A stretch of DNA of 64,000 bases. Source: an uncultured Patescibacteria group bacterium (GTDB taxonomy: Bacteria; Patescibacteriota; Patescibacteriia; Veblenbacterales; UBA10138). Below the pieces are notes generated by a model. That model saw nothing but the letters and a program-made list of their open reading frames with translations, searched no databases and was not told where the DNA came from. Positions within the stretch are counted from its first letter, which is position 1. The number at the start of each line of letters is the position of its first letter. Shown one piece after another: positions 1 to 8,745 of the stretch. The position numbers and the translations under genes were made by a program. The stretch covers positions 11,838 to 75,837 of the forward strand of contig CALFUV010000008.1 of the NCBI GenBank assembly GCA_937929825.1. Direction: 5' to 3'.

Positions 1-1345
1 ATGCTACCTTACCGGCTTCGCGTAATAGATAATGGTTGGCGTAAACTGGCAATAGATACTTTGGTTTAACTTGACGAATAAGCAATTTGATATCTTCAAT
101 TAGTGCATGTCCGCCACCGTGTACATCCATAATTTCTTTATGTACTACATGATCGCATTGGCGGTAAAGACTGTCTTTCAATCTTTGTATGGTTCGTTCG
201 TTGCCGGGAATCACAGAAGAGGAAAATATTATGGTATCGTTTTTTTTAATCTTAATATATTTATGTTCGCCGGTGGCAATTCGCATTAGCACTGCTCTGT
301 CTTCTCCTTGGGCGCCGGTACAAACAACCACCACTTTATTATCTGGATATTCATGGATTTTTTTAACATCAATAATGGTATTTTTTTGGAATTTTAAATA
401 ACCTATTTTTTTAGCTATTTCCACGTTCATTTTCATAGAGTAGCCATCAAGCGCTACTTTTTTGCCTAGTTGTTCAGAAATATTAATTAACCAACCTACC
501 CGTTCCACCATAGAGGCAAAAGTAGCAATAATCACCCGGCCGGGAGCTTTTTCCAATAAAGCTTTGATATTGCGAAAAATTTCTATCTCGGATATTTGAC
601 TACCTTCTTTGGTGGAACCTAAAGATTCCATCATAAGTACTGAAGGTGTTTGGCGTGTATTCCAACGAGCCAGATGCGAAAAATCAGTTGGCTTGCCGGT
701 TACGGGATTAAGATCATAACGCCAATCACCCGGATGAATAACATTAGCCGATGGTGTTTGAATAATAACTCCCAGCGCATCCATAATACTGTGAGTGACG
801 TCAAAGAATCCCACTTTTATTTTACCTAAAGTCAAAGTTTCATTGGTAGATTTTATTTCATAGGCTTTAAGATAGCGTTGTAGTTTTGATTCTTCTAAGC
901 GTCTTCTTACTAAAGCCAAAGTCATGCGTGAGGCGTAAACCGTAGGCCAACCTAAACGAGGTAAGAGATGAGGCGCTGCTCCAATATGGTCTAAGTGACC
1001 GTGTGATAAAATAACCCCGCGAATATTTCTTTCTTTACCTTTGAGGTAGCGAATGTCGGGAATTATATAATCCACCCCCGGCATATCTTCCTCGGGAAAT
1101 TGCAGGCCCATATCTAAAATCACAATATCATGACCATATTCAAAAATGGTCATATTACGCCCAACTTCTTCTTGGCCGCCTAAAGGAATTATCTTTAATT
1201 TGTTGTCAGTTTGCGGCCATGGCTGGTTAGAAATATTTTTTGATTTAGGTCCGGTTGTTGCCAGAGCTGGCCTTTGTCCGATAAAACGAGTTTCGTCACG
1301 TCGCTGACGTGTGAAATATTTATTATTGAATTTTGTAGCTGTCAT
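1..1345 (-). CDS. rnj: Ribonuclease J (metallo-beta-lactamase/beta-CASP RNase), partial; 3' end runs off window start
   Basis: ORF not in the track because it has no stop in the window. Minus-strand ATG at 1343-1345 gives MTATKFNNKYFTRQRRDETRFIGQRPALATT...IPLGGQEEVGRNMTIFEYGHDIVILDMG...ILSHGHLDHIGAAPHL, the HxHxDH metallo-beta-lactamase signature typical of RNase J. Confidence 0.75.
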   Translation of the reverse strand, partial: MTATKFNNKYFTRQRRDETRFIGQRPALATTGPKSKNISNQPWPQTDNKLKIIPLGGQEEVGRNMTIFEYGHDIVILDMGLQFPEEDMPGVDYIIPDIRYLKGKERNIRGVILSHGHLDHIGAAPHLLPRLGWPTVYASRMTLALVRRRLEESKLQRYLKAYEIKSTNETLTLGKIKVGFFDVTHSIMDALGVIIQTPSANVIHPGDWRYDLNPVTGKPTDFSHLARWNTRQTPSVLMMESLGSTKEGSQISEIEIFRNIKALLEKAPGRVIIATFASMVERVGWLINISEQLGKKVALDGYSMKMNVEIAKKIGYLKFQKNTIIDVKKIHEYPDNKVVVVCTGAQGEDRAVLMRIATGEHKYIKIKKNDTIIFSSSVIPGNERTIQRLKDSLYRQCDHVVHKEIMDVHGGGHALIEDIKLLIRQVKPKYLLPVYANHYLLREAGKVA

Positions 1346-1401
1346 AAATTATTTAATAATTAGTGTTTTAAATGTATATTTATATTTCAGTTATTAGCAT
1401 T

Positions 1402-1488
1402 TGGTGGGCAAGGAGGGATTTGAACCCTCACGACCTTGCGGTCACACGGCCCTGAACCGTGCGCGTATGCCAGTTCCGCCACTTGCCC
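1402..1488 (-). tRNA. tRNA-Leu (anticodon CAG), 87 nt, long variable arm, encoded CCA
   Basis: Reverse complement folds as a cloverleaf: acceptor GGGCAAG/CTTGCCC, anticodon stem CACGG/CCGTG with loop TTCAGGG (anticodon CAG), long variable arm, T-loop GGGTTCAAATCCC, 3' ACCA. Confidence 0.85.
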
Positions 1489-1527
1489 TCCAAATGCTAA
1501 TACTTAATTCTTTTTTTAAAAATATTT

Positions 1528-3285
1528 TTAATCAATTAAAGTTCTAACGGTTTTTTTATACCATTTGGGCGTATCCCAAAATCTTTCTGCTGGTTGCCCC
1601 ATTATTAATCTGGCAAAACCTTTAATGGAATTATTTTGAACATAACTGTAATTTAGACTGTAAAGAAAAGTAGCTGGACTTTCTTGTCGTAATATGTTTA
1701 AGAATTTGATATATTTTTCTTGACGCGCTTCCATTTCAGAAATTTGTCTGGCCTCAACTAATAACTGATCTGCTTCTCTATTTTGAAATTGAGCTAAATT
1801 TAATCCCGGTGAAGCAATTTGTGATGAGTGCCAGAATGGGTACGGATCTGGATCAAGTCCCATAACTTGAGTAATAAGAATCGCTTCATAATTACGAGGA
1901 TTGATGACATCATTCATTAAAAATAACGGCGCCACTGGTTTTATTTCTGTTTGTACACCTACTTCTGCCCATTGTCTTTTGATTTCATTGGCCACTTGTA
2001 TTTGTTCGTCATAATCAATTACGGTTAAAGAAATTTTTAATTCCTCGCCATCTTTCATTAGATAATTATTTTGTCCCGAGCGAGTATAACCTGCTTTTTC
2101 AAATAGTTGAAGGCTTTTTGTTTGATCGTAAGTAATAGCACCAGCACTGGTGCGATTTTTTAATTCACCAAACACAAAAGGGCCGATAGCTGGTTGGGCT
2201 TTACCAGATAAGGCTCGTTGAATAAGGGCTGGGCGATTAATTGCGTAGCTGAGCGCTTGTCTGATAGAAGGATCTCGAAGAGCGTTGTTAGTGTTAGGGT
2301 TGTAAAAAATAGCAGTGTATTGAGGAAGCGTGATATCGTAAATAATAAAACGACGTGGGTTTAGACTGGCTTTTTCGCGAATAGAAAGATCTCCTAGGGC
2401 ATCAATTGAGCCTTGTCGCAGAGCTTCAAGTGCATTGGTCATATTTGGAAAAAATTTCAAGTTTAATTTTTTGAAATACGTTTTTTCGTTGACGGAATAA
2501 GGGTTTTGTTCTAATGAATAACTTCGCAGGTTGCCTTGTCCATCGCGAGTTAGGGAACTAATACGCCAAGGACCAGCACCGATTGGTTTAAGATTTGTTT
2601 CCGTTTGTTGCCATTTTTCATAAGGTATATTTTGCCAAATATGACGAGGAATCAAACCAATTGTTAAAGCGTGCAAGAATGGGGAATAAGGTTCTTTTAA
2701 ATTAAAACTAATAGTTTCTCCATCATCTAAGAGGGAGATATTTATATTACGAAAACTGCCTGCTAAAGGACTAGCCAATTTGGTTTGTTTAGCGCTTTCA
2801 AAAGTAAAAACAGCATCGGCGGCTGTAAGTGGTTGCCCATCAGACCATAGTAATCCGGATTTAATTTTTACAAAGTACGTTTTTTTATCTTGGCTTAATG
2901 ACCACTCTTCAGCTAAATCTTTAATTATTTGACCATTTTCATCAGTACGGAAAAGCCCGCGGTGAGTTAAGAAAACTAGATCAAGATCAGCATCACTGGT
3001 AGCCAGCAGGGGGTTGGCTGTTTTTGGATTTCCTATTACCCCCTCGTTGAATTCTCCGCCTTCTTGAGGAGCTAAAATTGTTTTGTTTTCGTAAATTCTA
3101 TAACCTAAGGCTAGACTGCTGATTAAAATTAATAATGTTAAGTAGAGAGCTATTCTTTTTTCAGTCTGGGAAAGTATTTTTGGTAAAAGTCGGAATTGAT
3201 TTAGTGATGGTAAAATAGGCCCAAAAGCGGGCAGTAAAGAATTTTCAGCTCGATTATAATGGCTGCTGCTAAAACTTTGCCGCAC
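1528..3285 (-). CDS. ABC transporter substrate-binding protein, family 5 (oligopeptide/dipeptide-binding, OppA/DppA-like), N-terminal membrane anchor
   Basis: 585-aa ORF. Hydrophobic anchor LYLTLLILISSLALG, then a large soluble domain with the size and composition of family-5 solute-binding proteins. Assigned by recognition only. Confidence 0.55.
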   Translation of the reverse strand: MRQSFSSSHYNRAENSLLPAFGPILPSLNQFRLLPKILSQTEKRIALYLTLLILISSLALGYRIYENKTILAPQEGGEFNEGVIGNPKTANPLLATSDADLDLVFLTHRGLFRTDENGQIIKDLAEEWSLSQDKKTYFVKIKSGLLWSDGQPLTAADAVFTFESAKQTKLASPLAGSFRNINISLLDDGETISFNLKEPYSPFLHALTIGLIPRHIWQNIPYEKWQQTETNLKPIGAGPWRISSLTRDGQGNLRSYSLEQNPYSVNEKTYFKKLNLKFFPNMTNALEALRQGSIDALGDLSIREKASLNPRRFIIYDITLPQYTAIFYNPNTNNALRDPSIRQALSYAINRPALIQRALSGKAQPAIGPFVFGELKNRTSAGAITYDQTKSLQLFEKAGYTRSGQNNYLMKDGEELKISLTVIDYDEQIQVANEIKRQWAEVGVQTEIKPVAPLFLMNDVINPRNYEAILITQVMGLDPDPYPFWHSSQIASPGLNLAQFQNREADQLLVEARQISEMEARQEKYIKFLNILRQESPATFLYSLNYSYVQNNSIKGFARLIMGQPAERFWDTPKWYKKTVRTLID

Positions 3286-3356
3286 CCGGTTAAACGCTCG
3301 GTTTATTATAGTTGTAAGCGCGTTCCATCCTTGGCGCAGCGATTTAATAAATCGCT

Positions 3357-3581
3357 TTAGATTAGTATATTCCAGATGACAAGTCCAAAAAAGATGACAG
3401 TAAAAATAATTGTGCTTATAAAAAGACCTTTTTCCACACCGCGTTTGGTTCGGTAAACATTACCTTCGCCGCCAAAAATACCCCCCAGCCCTGCACCGCG
3501 GTTTTGCAGTAAAATAGATATAATCAAGAGGACCGAAACGGTTACTTGAGCAATTTGCAGATAACGTTCAATATCCATCAC
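3357..3581 (-). CDS. secG: Preprotein translocase subunit SecG
   Basis: 74 aa with two TM helices and the SecG-like pattern LLQNRGAGLGGIFGG...RTKRGVEKGLFISTIIFTVIFF. Confidence 0.6.
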   Translation of the reverse strand: MMDIERYLQIAQVTVSVLLIISILLQNRGAGLGGIFGGEGNVYRTKRGVEKGLFISTIIFTVIFFGLVIWNILI

Positions 3582-3686
3582 AATATGATAATCTTATCAG
3601 GTACGAGTATAAATACTTAAGTAACATAACATATCTATATTATTCTGTCAATGCTTTATAATTTAAAAAATTAAATTGGTTATTAA

Positions 3687-5705
3687 ATGGCAAAAGACTT
3701 TAATTTATTAAATGGTCTTAATAAACCACAACAACAGGCAGTTACTATGATAAATGGTCCTGTATTGGTGCTGGCCGGGGCAGGTAGTGGTAAAACAAAA
3801 ACTCTTGTTCATCGTTTGGCATATTTAATTGCCAATGCAGGAGTCTCTCCGGAGAGAATATTGGCCGTTACTTTTACTAATCAGGCAGCCAAAGAGATGC
3901 GACAGCGAGTCCAGGATCTTTTGCCGGGGGAGGTTTCCCGTCAGCCGTTATTGGGGACTTTTCATTCCCTTAGTGCCCGTTGGTTGCGCCAAGAATCTTG
4001 GCGTGTTAATTACCCCATGAATTTTTCAATTTATGATTCTGATGATCAGCTGAGTTTAATAAAGGAGGCTTTAAAAGAGCAAGGAATTGGCTTGAAAGCT
4101 GTTAGTCCCAAAGCTGTTTTGACGGTTATTTCAAGAGCTAAATCAGAATTGGTTACACCGGAAGGTTTTAAAGATTGGACAGAAGACTCCCCATTTTCTA
4201 ATTTAGTTGCTGATATTTACCCTCGTTATCAAAAATTATTAGCACGCGACCGCGCTTTTGATTTTGATGATTTACTTATGAAGATGGTAGAAGTTTGGCA
4301 AACAGATCCCCAGTTGTTAAAAGTTTATCAGGAACGGTATCATTATTTATTAATTGACGAATATCAGGATGTAAATCATGCTCAATATGTTTGGACCAAG
4401 TTGCTTGCTAGCGCTCGGCAAAATTTATGTGTAGTAGGAGATGACTGGCAATCAATTTATTCTTGGCGTGGAGCTGATTTTGGCAATATTTTAAGATTTC
4501 ATGAAGATTATCCTAAAGCCCATGTTATCAAATTGGAGCAGAATTATCGTTCCACTAAAGTGATAATTAAGGCCTCCAATGCTATTATGGCTCAAGCACA
4601 AATGAAGGTGGAAAAAAAATTATGGACCAATAATCCTTTGGGCCAACCATTAAGGATAGTGGCATTAGAGGACGAGGTGGCTGAAGCAAATTTTGTGGTT
4701 GAGGAAATTTTAAAATTTACAAATTCCCCGAAAGAACTTTCTTATGAACCGATTGATGATGTTTTATTGCCATCTATTGGTCATATGCGTCGCTATCATG
4801 GGACAGGAGAAGATTTAAAAGGTTACGCCGTGCTTTATCGTACCAATGCACAAAGCCGTGCCTTAGAAGAAGCTTGTTTGAAAGTAGGCTTGCCTTATCA
4901 GTTGATTGGCGGAATTAGATTTTATGAGCGTAAGGAAATAAAAGACGTTTTGGCTTTTTTGCGCCTGATAATTAACCCTTTTGATGGGCTTAGTTTTCGA
5001 CGAGCCTTGCTTGCCACTGCCAATGGTTTGGGTTTGGTAACCGTTGAAGCTATGCTCATACAGGCTGATAATAAAAAAATATCCCCCTTACAAGTCTGCC
5101 AAGAAAATAGCATTAAAGGAGAACGTGGACGGTTTTTGCGTGAATTTGCTGATTTAATAAATAAATTTTGTCAGGCTGCCCCAAAAGCCAGAGTTTCGGA
5201 AATGATTGATTTAGTGTTGGATAAAAGCGGGCTGGGTAAAGAACTTTTAGAGCAAAGAATTGACGGTGAGACAAGATATGAGAATATTTTGGAATTAAAA
5301 ACTGTAGCTGAAGAAAGAGCATCAGGTATAGGCATAGAATCATTAGCCAATTTTTTGGCAGAAATTGCCTTATGGCAGGATCAGGATGGTTATAAGAATA
5401 ATAAGTGCGGGATTACTTTAATGACATTTCATGCGGCCAAGGGACTGGAATTTGATACTGTATTTATGGTTGGTATGGAAGAAGGTTTGTTTCCACATGC
5501 CTCATCTTTTGCCGATCCAGCTGAACTGGACGAGGAAAGGCGTTTGGCTTATGTTGGTTTAACCCGTGCCCGCCGGCAAGTTTATTGTTTGTATGTTTTT
5601 AACCGTCGTTTATTTGGCTCTCTTAGTCCTAGTTTGCCATCACGCTTTATTACTGAATTGCCGCCAGATTGTGTGGAGTCAGTTATAGCTTCCAGATTTA
5701 TATAA
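3687..5705 (+). CDS. pcrA: ATP-dependent DNA helicase PcrA/UvrD (superfamily 1)
   Basis: Walker A AGAGSGKTKTLVHRLAYLI, helicase motif II LLIDEYQDVNHAQY, motif VGDDWQSIYSWRGA, C-terminal VGLTRARR. Confidence 0.9.
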   Translation: MAKDFNLLNGLNKPQQQAVTMINGPVLVLAGAGSGKTKTLVHRLAYLIANAGVSPERILAVTFTNQAAKEMRQRVQDLLPGEVSRQPLLGTFHSLSARWLRQESWRVNYPMNFSIYDSDDQLSLIKEALKEQGIGLKAVSPKAVLTVISRAKSELVTPEGFKDWTEDSPFSNLVADIYPRYQKLLARDRAFDFDDLLMKMVEVWQTDPQLLKVYQERYHYLLIDEYQDVNHAQYVWTKLLASARQNLCVVGDDWQSIYSWRGADFGNILRFHEDYPKAHVIKLEQNYRSTKVIIKASNAIMAQAQMKVEKKLWTNNPLGQPLRIVALEDEVAEANFVVEEILKFTNSPKELSYEPIDDVLLPSIGHMRRYHGTGEDLKGYAVLYRTNAQSRALEEACLKVGLPYQLIGGIRFYERKEIKDVLAFLRLIINPFDGLSFRRALLATANGLGLVTVEAMLIQADNKKISPLQVCQENSIKGERGRFLREFADLINKFCQAAPKARVSEMIDLVLDKSGLGKELLEQRIDGETRYENILELKTVAEERASGIGIESLANFLAEIALWQDQDGYKNNKCGITLMTFHAAKGLEFDTVFMVGMEEGLFPHASSFADPAELDEERRLAYVGLTRARRQVYCLYVFNRRLFGSLSPSLPSRFITELPPDCVESVIASRFI

Positions 5706-5710
5706 AAATT

Positions 5711-5742
5711 AAAGCCTCTGTTTATTTAGCGACAGAGGCTTT
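5711..5742. terminator. Bidirectional intrinsic terminator hairpin between convergent pcrA and a small minus-strand ORF/uvrC
   Basis: AAAGCCTCTGT-ttatttagcg-ACAGAGGCTTT, with A/T runs on both sides. Confidence 0.5.
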
Positions 5743-5751
5743 GAAAAATTT

Positions 5752-5892
5752 TTAGGCGCCCACTCCTAGAGTTTCTTCATCAGTAAATATATCATCAATG
5801 TCTATGTGTGGTTTGCGCTGTCTAGGTTTAAACCCCCAGATTAGTAGGTAACTTAATGTTACCAAGCCAAAACTGAAAAGTAACTTTTTCAT
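5752..5892 (-). CDS. Small ORF (46 aa) with signal-peptide-like N-terminus, missing from the ORF track
   Basis: Minus-strand ATG at 5890-5892 preceded by AAGGAG (TTAAAAGGAGAACTATG). Product MKKLLFSFGLVTLSYLLIWGFKPRQRKPHIDIDDIFTDEETLGVGA, stop at 5752. Confidence 0.35.
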   Translation of the reverse strand: MKKLLFSFGLVTLSYLLIWGFKPRQRKPHIDIDDIFTDEETLGVGA

Positions 5893-5979
5893 AGTTCTCC
5901 TTTTAATTTGATGGTTTTTATTTTTTAGGAAAGCTAATTAGTATAAAGTTTCTAATGTAATTTGTCAAGTATTTCCCCA

Positions 5980-7731
5980 TTAACCTAAGTGTTTTTTAAT
6001 AGCAGAGGCGCGGATAGGGCCGAGTATCTTAGCCAAATCTTGTTCACTAGCTTGGCGCAGGATTTTTACACTACCGAAAGCGGCTTTTAATTTTTTCTTA
6101 AATTTAGGTCCAATACCCGGCAGTTCGTCCCAGGCTGATTTTACTGTTTTTTTACGATGAAGTGAACGATAATAATTTATACCAAAACGATGAGCTTCAT
6201 CGCGCAAAGATTCAAGCAATAAAAGTCCGGGCGCATCAGACTCTAATTTAGTTGGCTTTTTTTTATTTGGCAGGTAAAGTAGTTCTTCCTGTTTAGCCAA
6301 GGCTACTAATGGCACATCAATTTTATAAGCTTTGAATATACGCATAACCGTGGATAATTGGCCCCTGCCGCCATCCAGCATTACCAGATCAGGCCGGGGC
6401 CAGTCTTTGTTAGTAAATCGTCTAGCTAATACCTCAGCCATCATTTTAACATCATTAGGTTTGGCTGGTGCCTGAACTTTAAATTTGCGGTATTGTTTTG
6501 TATCAGGCAGGCCATTAGTCAGCACCACCATAGAGCCAACCGCTTCTTTGCCTTGGATATTGGAAATATCATAGCCCTCAATTCTTTTTGGTATGTGAGT
6601 CAAGCCCAACACTTCTTTTAATTGTTTTAATCCTTGCTGAGCGCGCATTTTTTGCCTTTGCCAACTGGCGACGCTTTGCCGCAGATGATTTTGTGCTGTT
6701 TGATTTGCCAGGTTCAATAATTGTTTTTTAAATCCTCGCTCAGGCAGGTTGAAAGATAATTTTTTAATTGATACCCTCTTTAGTTTAATAGGTAAGTATA
6801 TTTTTTTAATCAAATCAGGGGCGGCTATGGAATATTGCTCTAAAAATTCAGTTAAGATTTCAGCTTCAGCTAATCCTTTAGTTTTATCAAGCAGGAATCT
6901 GTCAGCTTCCAACAAGACACCTTTTCTTATTGGCAATCTGGTAACCGATGCCATATCACCACTACGAGCTAGTCCGTAAATATCAAAAGATTCCCGTGAT
7001 GAACTAACCACACTTTGTTTTATCTTTAATCTTTCCAGAGCTCGAAGCTGATCGCGTAATCGGGCGGCATGTTCATAATCCTTATTTTGGGAAGCTTGTT
7101 TCATCTTTGAATTTAATAATTTGGCAACTTGTATAATCTCACCGCGGAGCAGCTGTTCAAAATATTTTAATTGTTGTAAATAATGTTGTCGGCTGTTTCT
7201 ATTAATATCATGACCTAAACAACGTCCAAGTTCAGCCTGAAAGCAGGGTTTATCAGCAGGCAGAGAGCAGGTTTTAAGGCCAAGGGTTTTTTTGAAAAAA
7301 GGAAATAGTTTACGAATTGAACTAGCTGTCACATAAGGTCCGAATAGTTTAATGTGTTTGGTGAGCGTAGGCCGGCGAACGAACTCTACTGGCGGATATT
7401 TCTCCCTATAATCAATGGTAATATACAGCCAGCTTTTATCATCTTTAAGGTCAATATTAAAGGGTGGTTGGTGTTGCTTGATTAAAGTTCTTTCCAAAAG
7501 CAAAGCTTCCGTTTCATTAGAAACTTCAGTAGTTTGCAAATGGTGAATTTGCTTTACCATCAGTTGTTTAGCAGGAGAGAGCTCGGCACCTTTGTGAAAG
7601 TAATAAAGCACCCGGGAGCGCAAAAATTTGGCCTTGCCCACATAGAGAAGCTTGTTTTTTGCGTCAAAAAACTCATAAACACCCGGCTTTTGCGGCAAGT
7701 TTTTTAGCTGTTGTTGTAAAACGGTTGACAT
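5980..7731 (-). CDS. uvrC: Excinuclease ABC subunit C (UvrC)
   Basis: N-terminal GIY-YIG motif PGVYEFFDAKNKLLYVGKAKFLRSRV, UVR motif region, C-terminal helix-hairpin-helix pair (ELPGIGPKFKKKLKAAFGSV); 583 aa. Confidence 0.9.
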   Translation of the reverse strand: MSTVLQQQLKNLPQKPGVYEFFDAKNKLLYVGKAKFLRSRVLYYFHKGAELSPAKQLMVKQIHHLQTTEVSNETEALLLERTLIKQHQPPFNIDLKDDKSWLYITIDYREKYPPVEFVRRPTLTKHIKLFGPYVTASSIRKLFPFFKKTLGLKTCSLPADKPCFQAELGRCLGHDINRNSRQHYLQQLKYFEQLLRGEIIQVAKLLNSKMKQASQNKDYEHAARLRDQLRALERLKIKQSVVSSSRESFDIYGLARSGDMASVTRLPIRKGVLLEADRFLLDKTKGLAEAEILTEFLEQYSIAAPDLIKKIYLPIKLKRVSIKKLSFNLPERGFKKQLLNLANQTAQNHLRQSVASWQRQKMRAQQGLKQLKEVLGLTHIPKRIEGYDISNIQGKEAVGSMVVLTNGLPDTKQYRKFKVQAPAKPNDVKMMAEVLARRFTNKDWPRPDLVMLDGGRGQLSTVMRIFKAYKIDVPLVALAKQEELLYLPNKKKPTKLESDAPGLLLLESLRDEAHRFGINYYRSLHRKKTVKSAWDELPGIGPKFKKKLKAAFGSVKILRQASEQDLAKILGPIRASAIKKHLG

Positions 7732-7846
7732 AGATTAATTTAAGTATAGCTTAAACTGCTTATTGACATCTTTATTTTAAAAGCGTATTCTAGTTTACTA
7801 CATAAAAATAAATAAATTAATTAAAAATAAATAAAAGGAGCTTAAC

Positions 7847-8341
7847 ATGAAGGACATAATAGAATTCAGTATGACACCAATGCCTAAATTGGTGTATTTG
7901 TGGAAGCTTGTCTCAGGCTTTATTTGGGTAATTTTGTTGATTTTATTCAATAACACCAATCAAGATTTTAGCCCTATAATCGCGACATTGGTGGTTATGG
8001 CAGTAAGTAATTTTATGATGATTTTAGTTTTACTGGCGACTACTAGTTTATTAAAAAACATTAAATATTTTATAGAAAAACTGATGGAGATAGGAAATAT
8101 GTCGCTACTATCTTTATCGGTAGGTAGCTTAGTGTTTATAGCCATTAATTCTATAGCACCGTTAAAAGTTAGTCTTATGGTAGCCTCCATGATTACCAGT
8201 ATTGTATTTTCTAGTGTAGTAGTTTACATGAGCACTAAGCTTCTCAATGGTAATTATATAAAGGTGGGTGCAGTTAATATGTGGTCAGTAATACTTCAAG
8301 CAGCCATAATGTACGGTACTATATTTCTTTTGGGATTTTAA
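7847..8341 (+). CDS. Hypothetical polytopic membrane protein
   Basis: 164 aa, about four hydrophobic helices, A/G-rich sequence 8 nt upstream. Confidence 0.4.
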   Translation: MKDIIEFSMTPMPKLVYLWKLVSGFIWVILLILFNNTNQDFSPIIATLVVMAVSNFMMILVLLATTSLLKNIKYFIEKLMEIGNMSLLSLSVGSLVFIAINSIAPLKVSLMVASMITSIVFSSVVVYMSTKLLNGNYIKVGAVNMWSVILQAAIMYGTIFLLGF

Positions 8342-8374
8342 ACAAAATTATTAACCAATTAAACAGGAGTTAAG

Positions 8375-8620
8375 ATGAGTTCAGCAAGTTTAACAGAGGA
8401 AATGATTGACCCTCAAGCCTGGAAAGGCAAGCTTCTTTATCAATTGATGGAAGATTGCCAGGCCACAGGTGTGTGGGACGGTATTATAAGGGTTGGCTCG
8501 CCGGCAACTCATGAAGAAAAAGAACGGATGGCCAAATTTTCACCCATGCCAGAAGTTCAGGAGCAATTAGTGCTTCAACAAAAAGCCGGCGTCCCTGTTG
8601 GTGTTTTAGAAGCCCTTTAA
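8375..8620 (+). CDS. Hypothetical small soluble protein (81 aa)
   Basis: ORF preceded by GGAG; no recognisable family. Confidence 0.3.
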   Translation: MSSASLTEEMIDPQAWKGKLLYQLMEDCQATGVWDGIIRVGSPATHEEKERMAKFSPMPEVQEQLVLQQKAGVPVGVLEAL

Positions 8621-8642
8621 AAAGGGGCGAATAAGTTTATTT

Positions 8643-8670
8643 AAGGGTAGCAAAAGCTGCCCTTTTATTA
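8643..8670 (+). terminator. Intrinsic terminator-like hairpin downstream of the 81-aa ORF
   Basis: AAGGGTAGC-aaaa-GCTGCCCTT followed by TTATTATTT; a second short hairpin GCCCTTTAAAAAGGGGC lies just upstream. Confidence 0.4.
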
Positions 8671-8745
8671 TTTCTTTCCTAACTTTAGCTTTAGCTCTTG
8701 ACCTCTCTTGACAGCGGGTGTAAAATTAATCAGCTTTACGTGCGT

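Noticed and set aside
3829-5343. Small ORFs inside pcrA (3829..4020 +, 4922..5113 -, 5113..5343 -)
   Set aside because: They lie entirely within the well-supported pcrA/uvrD reading frame and are shadow ORFs.
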